This document shows positions 1 to 9,632 of a DNA stretch of 64,000 nt, piece after piece (position 1 is the first letter of the stretch; every line of letters starts with the position of its first letter). The notes beneath the pieces were generated by a model. The model was given only the letters and a program-made list of their open reading frames with translations. It was not told the origin of the DNA and made no database searches. The DNA comes from a virus. The translations under genes and the position numbers were made by a program. The DNA is taken from the IMG/VR virus record IMGVR_UViG_3300024350_000006. One strand, 5' to 3'.

Positions 1-1
1 A

Positions 2-781
2 CTTGATGAAGCCTGGTTACACGCACTGGGTGTAGACACTAGTGAAGATAAACTATTAAAACTGAATATGGCGATGATCGACGACGTGGCCAAGGTTATA
101 AATGATTTTGTCAAAGAATACAAAACGCTTCCGGAAAATGATCGACCCAAAGTGTTGTTTATTATTGACAGTTTAGGTATGTTATTAACTCCCACTGATG
201 TTAATCAGTTTGAAGCAGGTGATTTGAAGGGTGATATGGGCCGTAAGCCCAAGGCTTTAACAGCACTAGTTCGTAACTGTGTAAATATGTTCGGCAGTTT
301 GAATATAGGACTAATTGCAACTAACCACACTTACGCATCACAGGATATGTTTGATCCTGACGATAAAATTTCAGGTGGTCAGGGCTTTATCTATGCAAGC
401 TCAATCGTTGTCGCTATGCGTAAACTCAAACTTAAAGAGGATGAGGACGGCAACAAAGTCAGTGACGTCAAAGGTATTCGAGCTGCCTGTAAGATTATGA
501 AAACTCGTTATGCTAAACCTTTTGAAAGTGTTCAAGTAAAGATTCCCTATGAAACAGGTATGAATCCCTATAGCGGGTTGGTAGATCTTTTTGAAGAAAA
601 GGGGTTACTGGCCAAGGAAGGCAACAGTCTTAAATACACCCTAGCAGATGGTACTGTGATCAAACAGTTCCGTAAGGCGTGGGAACGTAACGAGGATGGT
701 AGCCTAGACCAAGTAATGGCTGACTTCACAGCAAATCCACATAAAAAAGCTAAACTGGAAGAACTAGCGACAGAAGAATAA
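2..781 (+). CDS. uvsX: RecA/UvsX recombinase (5' truncated by window edge)
   Basis: Frame open from base 2; Walker B FIIDSLG, GDMGRKPK and ISGGQGFIYASS motifs of T4-type UvsX. Confidence 0.93.
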   Translation, partial: LDEAWLHALGVDTSEDKLLKLNMAMIDDVAKVINDFVKEYKTLPENDRPKVLFIIDSLGMLLTPTDVNQFEAGDLKGDMGRKPKALTALVRNCVNMFGSLNIGLIATNHTYASQDMFDPDDKISGGQGFIYASSIVVAMRKLKLKEDEDGNKVSDVKGIRAACKIMKTRYAKPFESVQVKIPYETGMNPYSGLVDLFEEKGLLAKEGNSLKYTLADGTVIKQFRKAWERNEDGSLDQVMADFTANPHKKAKLEELATEE

Positions 782-782
782 A

Positions 783-1310
783 ATGGATATTTTAACCCTG
801 GAGTTTACAGCAACTGAATCTCTGGGTTGGCCCAAGATTAAACTCTACGTTAATGACGATCTTTATGAGGACTTTAGTTTTGAATCGGACTATGCCAGGG
901 TAAATATACCTCTTGATTTAATGGAGGGAGACCACGTATTACGAATAGAATTATACGGAAAACATCCCAATAGTACAGTCCTAGTTGACAATACTATTGT
1001 TAAAGATCAATCTGTAACATTGATAAATCTTTATCTTGATGACATTTTGGTCCCAGATCTAATTAAATATCAGGGAGTATATTTTACTCCCAATGGTCCT
1101 TATCCACAGGCGCTAACCTGGGCGTTAAATAATGCTTACTGGGAATTAAAATTTAAGTTTCCTGTCAAAACCTGGGTATTAGACGAAAAATTAAATCATA
1201 GTTTAAAATTCAATGAATTATATTCTGAAAACTATTCGGAAGAACGACAGAAAGTTATACTAGAAAAAATAGAAAAAATAGAAGCACTATTGCAAAATGT
1301 CAAAGTTTAA
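783..1310 (+). CDS. hypothetical protein
   Basis: 175 aa ORF coupled to neighbours; no recognisable motif. Confidence 0.75.
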   Translation: MDILTLEFTATESLGWPKIKLYVNDDLYEDFSFESDYARVNIPLDLMEGDHVLRIELYGKHPNSTVLVDNTIVKDQSVTLINLYLDDILVPDLIKYQGVYFTPNGPYPQALTWALNNAYWELKFKFPVKTWVLDEKLNHSLKFNELYSENYSEERQKVILEKIEKIEALLQNVKV

Positions 1311-2835
1311 CAATGTCTTGATTATAACGTCAGGATTAATTTCTGTGGACAGGCCACCACCAGGCGCTGCATTTGTAGCTGGCGTCTGCGAGAATAACAA
1401 TATAAATTACAATTTTTTTGACTTTAATATATTTTTTAGAAATAATGTAAATGCAGATATCACAGAAAAAATATATGTAGCTAGATCAGAAAAGGATTTA
1501 GAAAATCTAGAACTAGCAAACCCTGGCTCCTTGAGTGTTCTTGAGAATGTTCTAGATCTAGCAGTGGAAAAAATAAAGTCATACCAAGCAGATCTTATTG
1601 CTGCAACAGTTTTTAGTGTGATGCAACACTTACTAGCTAAAAGGCTATTAGAACGTATCAAACATAATTTAGACATAAAAATAATAGCAGGTGGCCCTGG
1701 TGTGTCAGCGGGCTATGGGAATAAATCGCTAGTTGGCCAAGAAAAAAACGGTAGATCTTTTGGTAAGTTTCTTTTAGAAAATAATCTAGTTGATTATTAT
1801 GTTATGGGCGAAGGTGATGTCGTCTTAGATGAATTTTTTAAAGGCAACAATGTTCTGGGATTAAATGATAAGTCAACAGAATATGAAACTTGGGCTCCTC
1901 AAATAGATAATTTAGATGCACTGGCATTGCCTTCCTATAATAAAATAAATTTTCAGGATTATGTAAATCCTGGCAACCCTACTAGAACAGTGACAATCAC
2001 TGCTAGCCGTGGCTGTGTGCGTAGATGCACTTTTTGTGACGTGGGAGCTATTTGGAAAAAGTTCAGATTCAGATCAGGTCAAAATGTAGTACGGGAAATA
2101 ACACAAAATTATCTAAAACACGGAGTAACTGATTATTTTTTCTCTGATAGTTTACTAAATGGATCTCTTAAACAACTTAATGATCTCACAACAGGATTAA
2201 TAGATCTACATAAAACACATCCTGGTCTTAAAAATATAAAATATAGCGGTCAGTTTATTATTAGACCTAGATCACAGCATCCGGAAAAAATGTTTGCATT
2301 GTTAAAAGAGTCAGGGTGTAAACAAATACAGATAGGAGTAGAATCTGGTAGTGAACGTGTACGCGAACATCTTGGGAAAAAATTTAGTAACCAAGATATA
2401 GACTGGCATCTGGAAATGTGCAGTAAGTATAAAATAGAAAACTTTTTATTAATGTTTACTGGTTATCCTACAGAAACTTTAGAAGATCACAATGACACCC
2501 TTAACTTGTTAAAAAAATATCAAAAATATCTAATAGACGATACCATAATAGGTATAAGTCTAGATAGTCCACTTGTAATACTACCTGATACTCCTCTGTC
2601 TAATATGTCGACAGAACTAGGCATTCACTTGTATAATAATGAATACGGTAATCTTTGGACTGCTGACTCTAATCCCGAGCTAACTATTAAAGAAAGATTT
2701 TTGAGATATGCTGAGACAACTAAATTAGTTATGAAGCTAAGATATAATAGATTTCCCACAACATTGACCACTATGGAATACCAAATACACGATTTACTTA
2801 AACTTAATAAAAAGGAATTTGAAAATGAGTATTGA
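1297..2835 (+). CDS. B12-binding-type radical SAM protein
   Basis: SRGCVRRCTFC (CxxxCxxC), N-terminal GGP/GEGD motifs, GVESGS. Confidence 0.9.
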   Translation: MSKFNNVLIITSGLISVDRPPPGAAFVAGVCENNNINYNFFDFNIFFRNNVNADITEKIYVARSEKDLENLELANPGSLSVLENVLDLAVEKIKSYQADLIAATVFSVMQHLLAKRLLERIKHNLDIKIIAGGPGVSAGYGNKSLVGQEKNGRSFGKFLLENNLVDYYVMGEGDVVLDEFFKGNNVLGLNDKSTEYETWAPQIDNLDALALPSYNKINFQDYVNPGNPTRTVTITASRGCVRRCTFCDVGAIWKKFRFRSGQNVVREITQNYLKHGVTDYFFSDSLLNGSLKQLNDLTTGLIDLHKTHPGLKNIKYSGQFIIRPRSQHPEKMFALLKESGCKQIQIGVESGSERVREHLGKKFSNQDIDWHLEMCSKYKIENFLLMFTGYPTETLEDHNDTLNLLKKYQKYLIDDTIIGISLDSPLVILPDTPLSNMSTELGIHLYNNEYGNLWTADSNPELTIKERFLRYAETTKLVMKLRYNRFPTTLTTMEYQIHDLLKLNKKEFENEY

Positions 2836-3055
2836 AATTGATACACTTACAGAAACATATAGTATACTCAAACAGTATATTCCTGCCAAGGATAGGCAAG
2901 AGGCTAGCGACAACTTAATGAGTGTACTAGTTGATTTGCTGGGTGATCTAGATCTAAATGAATTCGCAATGACAGATCAATATACTAAACGCAGTTATCA
3001 ACAATATGCATCAGAATCTGAAGATGATGATGAAAATTACGATTATGAAGATTAA
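2825..3055 (+). CDS. small acidic phage protein
   Basis: ORF directly upstream of uvsY, acidic tail. Confidence 0.7.
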   Translation: MSIEIDTLTETYSILKQYIPAKDRQEASDNLMSVLVDLLGDLDLNEFAMTDQYTKRSYQQYASESEDDDENYDYED

Positions 3056-3059
3056 TTAA

Positions 3060-3512
3060 ATGTGGTATAATCAAATAGTTTCCGATCTAGGTAAAATACC
3101 AGACTTTATAAGTTACTATGAATCTGAATTAATTCAGGCCAAACAGGACTGTACGGTCAAAGGAAACTTAGAAAAAAATGTTGCGAATCTTCCTGGAATA
3201 ACTGAACACAGATTTAATCAACTTCAAGAAATAGAAGCAGTATTAAATTACCTAAATATACAACTTAAAAAAATACGACGTAGGCATTTTCAAAAATATC
3301 TAGAAAATTATAACAGATCTTTGACTAGTAGAGATGCAGAAAAATATACTGACGGAGAAGACGAAGTAATTGACTATGAGACTATTATTAATGAAGTAGC
3401 TCTGATTAGAAATAAATGGCTAGGTCTTATGAAGGGATTAGAAAGTAAAAACTTTATGCTTGGTCACGTAGCTAGATTACGCACTGCTGGTATGGAAGAT
3501 ATTGTTATATGA
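3060..3512 (+). CDS. uvsY: recombination mediator UvsY
   Basis: 150 aa helical protein with T4 UvsY-like C-terminus (RNKWLGLMKGLESK...LRTAG), near uvsX. Confidence 0.8.
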   Translation: MWYNQIVSDLGKIPDFISYYESELIQAKQDCTVKGNLEKNVANLPGITEHRFNQLQEIEAVLNYLNIQLKKIRRRHFQKYLENYNRSLTSRDAEKYTDGEDEVIDYETIINEVALIRNKWLGLMKGLESKNFMLGHVARLRTAGMEDIVI

Positions 3513-4276
3513 ATGCTAGATCTAGGAATAGACTATTTGCTAGCGATGAAGAAAGTCATCAACACAGTCTGGAAACATTACAGCTTCTTGAAAAATACGA
3601 AGATTTTATGCAGAGTGTAAGTGTAGTCTATGATATGGGCTGCGGTGCTGGTTTTGATACACAATGGTGGGCCACACAAATTAATCCTAGAACAGAAAGA
3701 CCCTACAATATACAATGTTATGCGCTGGACATAGATAAAAGATTGAAAATACATTTAAGAGATAATCTTAAGTTTGTACAAGGAGATTTTGAACAATATG
3801 ATCCAGGAATCAAGGCAGATTTAATTTGGAGTCACGATAGTTTTAGATTCAGCGTTAATCCACTTACCACTTTAAAAACTTGGAATAAACAACTTAACCC
3901 TGGCGGTGCTATAATATTGATTACTCCACAATCATCTATTAAAGATGATCAAGGTGTACAGCATCCCAGGACACTTAGCTATAGTTACTTTAACTATAAT
4001 ATTACAAATCTGATGTATATGTTAGCAGTTGCGGGTTTCGATTGTAGGACAGGGCATTTTTATAAAAAACCCAATGATCCCTGGATTTATAGTATGGTAT
4101 ATAAGACAAACAATCCCGAGCTTGATCCCAAAAATACTAGCTTAGGAGATTTGGTAGATTTAAATGTATTACCAGACAGTGCAGTGGTGGGAATAAAAAC
4201 CACTGGAGAAATAAGACAGGAAGATATTTTTACACATTGGATATCAGGACATTATTGCCGTTGGAGTCAAGTATGA
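3509..4276 (+). CDS. class I SAM-dependent methyltransferase
   Basis: Motif I YDMGCGAG; LNPGG. Confidence 0.85.
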   Translation: MNARSRNRLFASDEESHQHSLETLQLLEKYEDFMQSVSVVYDMGCGAGFDTQWWATQINPRTERPYNIQCYALDIDKRLKIHLRDNLKFVQGDFEQYDPGIKADLIWSHDSFRFSVNPLTTLKTWNKQLNPGGAIILITPQSSIKDDQGVQHPRTLSYSYFNYNITNLMYMLAVAGFDCRTGHFYKKPNDPWIYSMVYKTNNPELDPKNTSLGDLVDLNVLPDSAVVGIKTTGEIRQEDIFTHWISGHYCRWSQV

Positions 4277-5082
4277 AAAATCAAAATGAAATAGAAGATA
4301 AAGATATTATAGTTTTAGTTACAGGTGGTTTCGATCCAGTACATTCTGGGCATATTGCCTATTTTAAAGAAGCAAAAAAACTAGGGCACTATTTGATAGT
4401 GGGGCTTAACAGTGATGAATGGCTGGAACGTAAAAAAGGCCGTGCGTTTATGCCCTGGAACGAAAGATTGTGTATAGTAAACAATCTAGCTATGGTTGAT
4501 GAAGTATATACATTCGATGATGATGATGGGTCTGCTAAAGAATTTATACGTCAAGTAAGGGCACATTATCCAAATAATAAATTAATTTTTGCCAACGGTG
4601 GAGATCGTACTGCAAAAAACATTCCCGAAATGGATGTAAATGATCCTAATTGTGAGTTTGTATTTGGGGTAGGTGGTGAAGATAAAAAGAATTCAAGTAG
4701 CTGGATACTAGAAGAATGGAAAGCACCTAAAACAGATCGTAATTGGGGCTATTACAGAGTATTACACACTGTGGGTGATCATACAAAAGTTAAAGAATTG
4801 ACCGTAGAACCTGGTTGTAGTTTAAGTATGCAACGTCACCAGGATCGTGCTGAGCATTGGTTCGTTGTAGAAGGCACTGCTGAAGTTTATACAATTAATG
4901 ACAGAAGCACAGATTATGAGTTACGTGGTATCTACGGAAAACATCAAAGTCTACATATAGCAAAAAATCAATGGCACCAATTATGTAATCCCAAGAATCA
5001 GCCATTAAAATTAGTGGAAATTCAATATGGTGCCCGTTGCGACGAAGATGACATTGAGCGTAAAACTAGGACTAGCGTATAA
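4273..5082 (+). CDS. cytidylyltransferase-like domain fused to mannose-6-phosphate isomerase-type cupin
   Basis: TGGFDPVHSGH (HIGH), ANGGDR, then SLSMQRHQDRAEHW...EIQYG cupin. Confidence 0.88.
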   Translation: MKNQNEIEDKDIIVLVTGGFDPVHSGHIAYFKEAKKLGHYLIVGLNSDEWLERKKGRAFMPWNERLCIVNNLAMVDEVYTFDDDDGSAKEFIRQVRAHYPNNKLIFANGGDRTAKNIPEMDVNDPNCEFVFGVGGEDKKNSSSWILEEWKAPKTDRNWGYYRVLHTVGDHTKVKELTVEPGCSLSMQRHQDRAEHWFVVEGTAEVYTINDRSTDYELRGIYGKHQSLHIAKNQWHQLCNPKNQPLKLVEIQYGARCDEDDIERKTRTSV

Positions 5083-5154
5083 CTAGATGGTCTAGGTACT
5101 CAGCAGCCTTTTTACAACGATACTCAATGATGTAATCTAATAATTTTCTAAACA

Positions 5155-5316
5155 TTATAGCCAGCATCTTTCCTGGCTATAATTCCATTGTTTAATTAAA
5201 TGTTCTACATCAGCCGCATTTTTAGGATTATTGCGAGCTATAAAAGCCTCGATTTCTGTGTGCGGCCCGGATCTCAGCCATTTCGTTAAATTATCTAGTG
5301 TATTTTTGATTGACAT
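5155..5316 (-). CDS. small hypothetical protein (53 aa)
   Basis: Translated by hand: MSIKNTLDNLTKWLRSGPHTEIEAFIARNNPKNAADVEHLIKQW...; fills an intergenic gap. Confidence 0.55.
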   Translation of the reverse strand: MSIKNTLDNLTKWLRSGPHTEIEAFIARNNPKNAADVEHLIKQWNYSQERCWL

Positions 5317-5405
5317 ATTGGTTTTTATTGTATAAAGTTAGGTTGTAATAATATTTATTGCGCTGCAACATACATAATATTTTACTTTTAAACTATAAAT
5401 ACAGG

Positions 5406-6932
5406 ATGAATCTTATGGAACTTTTTAACTTGCAGGAACTAGCTGTGGATGCAAGATATGCTACCCGGGCAGAACTTGGTATTCTTGCTGCTAACCTAGG
5501 CTCAGTGATGCCGGGGATTCGTTTTGAAGTAGAAAAGAAAGCAGAGAGTCCTGTGATCTATATAAGGATTAAAGGTGCTCAGCGCGAGGATATAACCAAC
5601 TACTTCGCCAGTCTGGGACTGGACGAGCTACCACCTGATCCTGATCAACTTAGAATTAGCGGTCAATATCGTGCCAACATCCTAAGCTACAGCACAACTA
5701 GTAACGTTATTGATCAAATTAAACCAGGCAAGGCACATCAACTACCCAGCGACGATCAAGATATAAAGAACATAATCTACACCCTAGTAGTAGCCGGAGT
5801 TGGTGATCAAGGAAGTATTAGTGTAGGTAAAAAAGAATTAACACCAGTTAGTCTGGGACTAGCTGTTAGAACTTATAACAAGGACGAATTAGTAGGCGCC
5901 ACAAAACAAGCCCTAGCAGATAAAATTAAAACACGACCTGAATTAATTGAAATTTGTTCACAACTATTAGACATAGCCGCGGCTGGAGGGCAAGGAACTA
6001 TATCCCCTGAGTTAAATAAAAAACTAGGTAGTAAAGCACGTAATCAACTCAGTGTTGATTTCGGAGAGATACTTGCACCCATAATGTTTTCCCAGGGAGG
6101 AGAACTTATAGAGTTTCCTGCAGAAGGAAACTTCCCTTTAATTGATGTAATAGTGGGGAAAAATAATTATAGCGTAAAAAGTCTTACTGGGTCTGGGACA
6201 AGCTTTGCTAGCATTGCTGATCTAATGGATAGCTATGAAGACAAACTTAAAAAATCCGGAAGTAAAGACAGTAAAAAAGTAGAAAAACTATTTCAACTTT
6301 TTAAAGGTTATCACCCCAGTGCTGGTGGCAAAAACGTTGACAAGATTATCCGCGGTGCAGCCTTTGTAAAAACAGCAGAGTATGTCAAACTAACGGAAAT
6401 TTTAGGTGGAAGTTTTAACGACTATGATGGCCTACAAGCTCTAGTTAATGAATTAATTAAAAAAATTTATAGTAAGGACAAAGTTCAAAATCCTACCGAA
6501 TACTATTCAGATTTTTTAAATACTGTTTATCCAGCAATGACAGCTGGTGGTTGGGAAAAGCCCGCAGGATTACCAGCTGATGGTGCTTACTATATGGGCA
6601 AAGCCAAGGAGCTTAAAGCAGAAAAAACTGCGGGATACCCTAGCTTTAGAACCAACACAGTCAAAGCAGCAACAGATATTTTAACTTATGTATTAGGCGT
6701 TGGTACGCTTAATTTAGTCACACGTGGCAGTGATGCAGAACAATATGCTGAAATGATGACAAACATTGTAAATCAAAGCCCAGCTTATCTAGGTCGATTG
6801 GACATCACTGGTAATGGTGGTTTGGTTGCCGTCAAAACAGCATTTACTGATCTAAAATTTAAATTCCAGTATCACGCTCCAAGTCATATACCTGGTAATA
6901 ACTTACCTGGGTTTATGATTGTGATGGATTAA
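5406..6932 (+). CDS. hypothetical late protein, possible PD-(D/E)xK nuclease fold
   Basis: TATAAATA late motif just upstream; DFGE...NFPLIDV...YSVKS resembles a PD-(D/E)xK active site. Confidence 0.6.
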   Translation: MNLMELFNLQELAVDARYATRAELGILAANLGSVMPGIRFEVEKKAESPVIYIRIKGAQREDITNYFASLGLDELPPDPDQLRISGQYRANILSYSTTSNVIDQIKPGKAHQLPSDDQDIKNIIYTLVVAGVGDQGSISVGKKELTPVSLGLAVRTYNKDELVGATKQALADKIKTRPELIEICSQLLDIAAAGGQGTISPELNKKLGSKARNQLSVDFGEILAPIMFSQGGELIEFPAEGNFPLIDVIVGKNNYSVKSLTGSGTSFASIADLMDSYEDKLKKSGSKDSKKVEKLFQLFKGYHPSAGGKNVDKIIRGAAFVKTAEYVKLTEILGGSFNDYDGLQALVNELIKKIYSKDKVQNPTEYYSDFLNTVYPAMTAGGWEKPAGLPADGAYYMGKAKELKAEKTAGYPSFRTNTVKAATDILTYVLGVGTLNLVTRGSDAEQYAEMMTNIVNQSPAYLGRLDITGNGGLVAVKTAFTDLKFKFQYHAPSHIPGNNLPGFMIVMD

Positions 6933-7611
6933 TCTGTTTTTTTAACGCTGCGCGGTAACTACTACGTACTACTTTCTGCCAATCACTAGCAAATGTGCCG
7001 TGAACTATAATATGAAATCTATCCTGATGACTGTTATTATAAACGGCGTGTGTATAATTTGTGTTAAACAAAAACGCTGATCCAGAATCTTTAAAGGGCA
7101 CTTCACCGCTAGTGGTAACCAATCTACAATTCTCGGGATTGTTAAGACTTATATTAACTGCACTTCCTAAAAAACTCTCAGGGTTATCAAAATGTGGAGA
7201 GATATATCCATCGGGCTCCAGTAACATATACCTTATTCTATCGTAATTTTGATAGGGAAATTTATTTTTAAAATAGTCCACTGTCACAGGACACAACGGT
7301 GCTATATCTGTCCAAGAATAAGGAACTTGATCTGAAGTATAGCCATATTCTTCTGGAACTCCGGTCTTTTCTGCACTGATTCCGTGTACACAAAGACTTC
7401 GCCAACCCTCGCCGTCCTGTGGCCTGTGTGTTACAAATCTATCTTTTAATGCACGAGCTTCCTGTAACATTCCTGCATAGGGTGCATCTAGTAATAATTC
7501 CAAATAGGGAGCTTTACTCTGGAATAGAGGATCAGAGATATCTGTTTCATAGACAAACGTATTACTTTTGTTTGCTTCTATAAATTTTATAGTTTGATCA
7601 AGTGCTGACAT
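6913..7611 (-). CDS. aspartyl/asparaginyl beta-hydroxylase-like 2OG-Fe(II) oxygenase
   Basis: PHFD (HxD) ... HAVYN ... DRFHIIVHG. Confidence 0.8.
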   Translation of the reverse strand: MSALDQTIKFIEANKSNTFVYETDISDPLFQSKAPYLELLLDAPYAGMLQEARALKDRFVTHRPQDGEGWRSLCVHGISAEKTGVPEEYGYTSDQVPYSWTDIAPLCPVTVDYFKNKFPYQNYDRIRYMLLEPDGYISPHFDNPESFLGSAVNISLNNPENCRLVTTSGEVPFKDSGSAFLFNTNYTHAVYNNSHQDRFHIIVHGTFASDWQKVVRSSYRAALKKQINPSQS

Positions 7612-7687
7612 TTATCCAAATTGGTAAGAAAGAGCTAGACATTAAAATATTTATCGTGCATAATGTGGTTGTTGCTTGTGCAGCACT

Positions 7688-7765
7688 GGGCCTTTAGCTC
7701 ACGGTGGTTAGAGCATCCGACTCATAATCGGGTGGTAGTTGGTTCGACTCCAACAAGGCCCACCA
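7688..7765 (+). tRNA. tRNA-Ile2 (CAT, lysidine type) or Met
   Basis: Cloverleaf, loop CTCATAA, resembles bacterial Ile2, CCA encoded. Confidence 0.85.
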
Positions 7766-7773
7766 AAGAATTC

Positions 7774-7802
7774 TTGACACTAAATAAACTACGCTGTAAT
7801 AT
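7774..7802 (+). promoter_or_regulatory. sigma70-type promoter with nested late motif (CTAAATA)
   Basis: TTGACA-17 bp-TAATAT. Confidence 0.55.
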
Positions 7803-7811
7803 AATGAATAT

Positions 7812-7896
7812 GCGACTGTGGTGAAATCGGTATACACAGCAGACTTAAAATCTGCCGCCGCAAGGCGTGCCGGTTCGATTCCGGCCAGTCGCACCA
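7812..7896 (+). tRNA. tRNA-Leu(TAA)
   Basis: Cloverleaf with long variable arm, loop CTTAAAA, CCA. Confidence 0.95.
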
Positions 7897-7932
7897 AAAT
7901 ATAGTTCTGCTAACTTTTTATAAATTTACAAA

Positions 7933-8508
7933 ATGACAATCGAAAATTGGTTTAGTGTACCTGTTCTGTATTACGATTTGTCAGAGGAAGAATTTGAAAA
8001 AGTTCAGGATTCAATACAACTAGCTATGCCCAAGATTCTCGAATTAGATCTTGGAAATCCCTGGGGTGATTCAGTAGAAACTTCATTTAAGTACAAAACT
8101 GATTGTAACTTAATAGAAGATTTGGGGCTAGAAGTTTTGAAAACAGTTATAATGGATCAGGCAACTTTATTTTGCCAGTCCTATGATTTAAATTACACAT
8201 TAAGGCTTAAAGAAAGCTGGGTGAATATTTCTAAAAAACAAGGGTTCCAATACCCTCATAATCACCTTCCTTTTTTGTTTTCTGGTGTATATTTTTATCA
8301 GACTAATGGAGAAGATGGCTCATTGCAGTTTAAGAGCCCCAATCCCTGGTTAAATGCAATGACATATCCTTTTGGCTACGATAAAGTAACCTATCGTCCT
8401 ATTGAGGGTAGATTGATAATGTTTCCAGCATATTTGGAGCATCTAGTTAATCTAAATAATACTGCATCTACTAGGATATCTTTATCCTTTAATATAGAAT
8501 GTAATTAA
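7933..8508 (+). CDS. putative 2OG-Fe(II) oxygenase (phage family)
   Basis: ESWVN...PHNH...SGVYF...MFPAYLEH...RISLSFN. Confidence 0.85.
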   Translation: MTIENWFSVPVLYYDLSEEEFEKVQDSIQLAMPKILELDLGNPWGDSVETSFKYKTDCNLIEDLGLEVLKTVIMDQATLFCQSYDLNYTLRLKESWVNISKKQGFQYPHNHLPFLFSGVYFYQTNGEDGSLQFKSPNPWLNAMTYPFGYDKVTYRPIEGRLIMFPAYLEHLVNLNNTASTRISLSFNIECN

Positions 8509-8513
8509 ATTAT

Positions 8514-8588
8514 CTGGCGTTCGTTCAACGGATAGGACAACAGTCTTCTAAACTGTGAATGGGGGTTCGATTCCCTCACGCCGGACCA
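8514..8588 (+). tRNA. tRNA-Arg(TCT)
   Basis: Cloverleaf, loop CTTCTAA, CCA. Confidence 0.93.
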
Positions 8589-8594
8589 TACACA

Positions 8595-9140
8595 ATGTTA
8601 CTAACTAATTTGCTGGATTTACCCACTGCAATTTATATAGAAAATAAACTAGGGGATGATTATTTTCCTTGGTATTGGAACGAAAATACACTCACAGATC
8701 AAGAAGTGAGCAGTTTAAAAAATTTTCAGTTTACACATAATTTTTATATCAACGGAGCAATTAATTCAACCTATGCACGTATGCTAGATCCCATACTTGC
8801 AAGTATTGAAAGCAAAGCAGATATAAAAATAAAAAATATTTTCAGGGCAAAAGCTAATTTGTTAACTAATATGCAAATGTCCGAGCAGGAGCTAGCTAAC
8901 GAAATACATACTGATCACGATTCTACTGACTATAGAAGTTTTGTTTATTATGTTTCCACTAGCGATGGCGACACTATAATATATGATGAGAATGAAACAA
9001 TTTTAGAACAGGCAAGTCCTGTGTTTAATAGTGGTATATTGTTTCCCTCTAGGTTACAGCACAGAGGAACACCACCCCTGCTGCACAAAAGACGCATAGT
9101 AATAAATTTTATATTGGAAATACAAAATGAACGAAACTGA
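8595..9140 (+). CDS. 2OG-Fe(II) oxygenase
   Basis: HTD...YYV..SDGDT...HRG...RIVINF. Confidence 0.82.
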   Translation: MLLTNLLDLPTAIYIENKLGDDYFPWYWNENTLTDQEVSSLKNFQFTHNFYINGAINSTYARMLDPILASIESKADIKIKNIFRAKANLLTNMQMSEQELANEIHTDHDSTDYRSFVYYVSTSDGDTIIYDENETILEQASPVFNSGILFPSRLQHRGTPPLLHKRRIVINFILEIQNERN

Positions 9141-9399
9141 TAGAGAAATACTTGTAATCACCCAGGAAGAATGCGCTGAAGTCATACAGGAAATCAGCAA
9201 GTGTTTTCGTTTTGGTATAGATAAATTACACAAAAGTGGGCTTCCGCACAGACAGGTTTTAACCCAGGAAGTGGGAGATCTAATGTGTATGCTACAGTTA
9301 ATGATGGAGCATAATATTGTAGACTCCCAGGAAGTAGAAGTTGCTAGACTAGCAAAATTGCAAAAATTGCAAGTTTTTTCAAATATTTTTAAAAAGTAG
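9127..9399 (+). CDS. MazG-like NTP pyrophosphohydrolase
   Basis: EECAEVIQ...EVGDL (EExxE...ExxD). Confidence 0.8.
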   Translation: MNETDREILVITQEECAEVIQEISKCFRFGIDKLHKSGLPHRQVLTQEVGDLMCMLQLMMEHNIVDSQEVEVARLAKLQKLQVFSNIFKK

Positions 9400-9428
9400 T
9401 TGACAAAAAGACTAAATAAATTTACAAT
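9400..9428 (+). promoter_or_regulatory. sigma70 promoter with nested CTAAATA late motif, driving the leader/attenuator
   Basis: TTGACA (9400-9405), 17 bp spacer, TACAAT (9423-9428). Confidence 0.8.
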
Positions 9429-9437
9429 ACGACAATT

Positions 9438-9560
9438 ATGAAAACTAACCTACAACACTTGTTTATATCAAAACCCTGCTCAGTGCAGCCAGCTGGCTAT
9501 TGGGTTGCGATTACACGCGAGATTAGTAATCTAGACCAGGGGCTTTGTAGAGTCTTATAA
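9438..9560 (+). CDS. putative attenuator leader peptide (40 aa, all 20 amino acids)
   Basis: MKTNLQHLFISKPCSVQPAGYWVAITREISNLDQGLCRVL; 3' end overlaps the antiterminator strand. Confidence 0.7.
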   Translation: MKTNLQHLFISKPCSVQPAGYWVAITREISNLDQGLCRVL

Positions 9561-9593
9561 TTGTAATTAAATAGAATTCTACAAAACCCCAGG
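9536..9593 (+). promoter_or_regulatory. antiterminator helix, mutually exclusive with the terminator
   Basis: GGGGCTTTGTAGAGT (9539-9553) pairs with ATTCTACAAAACCCC (9576-9590), one mismatch and one GU pair. Confidence 0.75.
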
Positions 9594-9618
9594 ACTCGAA
9601 ACCCTGGGGTTTTTGTTT
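9583..9618 (+). terminator. intrinsic terminator (attenuator)
   Basis: AAAACCCCAGG / CCTGGGGTTTT stem followed by T-rich tract. Confidence 0.85.
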
Positions 9619-9632
9619 ATATAAAGGGAGAA

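Noticed and set aside
7694-7897. Minus-strand ORFs over tRNA genes (also 10604-10963, 11897-12088, 12348-12560, 13499-13738, 15511-15897, 22761-22967, 28815-29015, and the 5' extension of 14799-15485)
   Set aside because: They are antisense shadows of tRNA genes, with no RBS or protein-like features.
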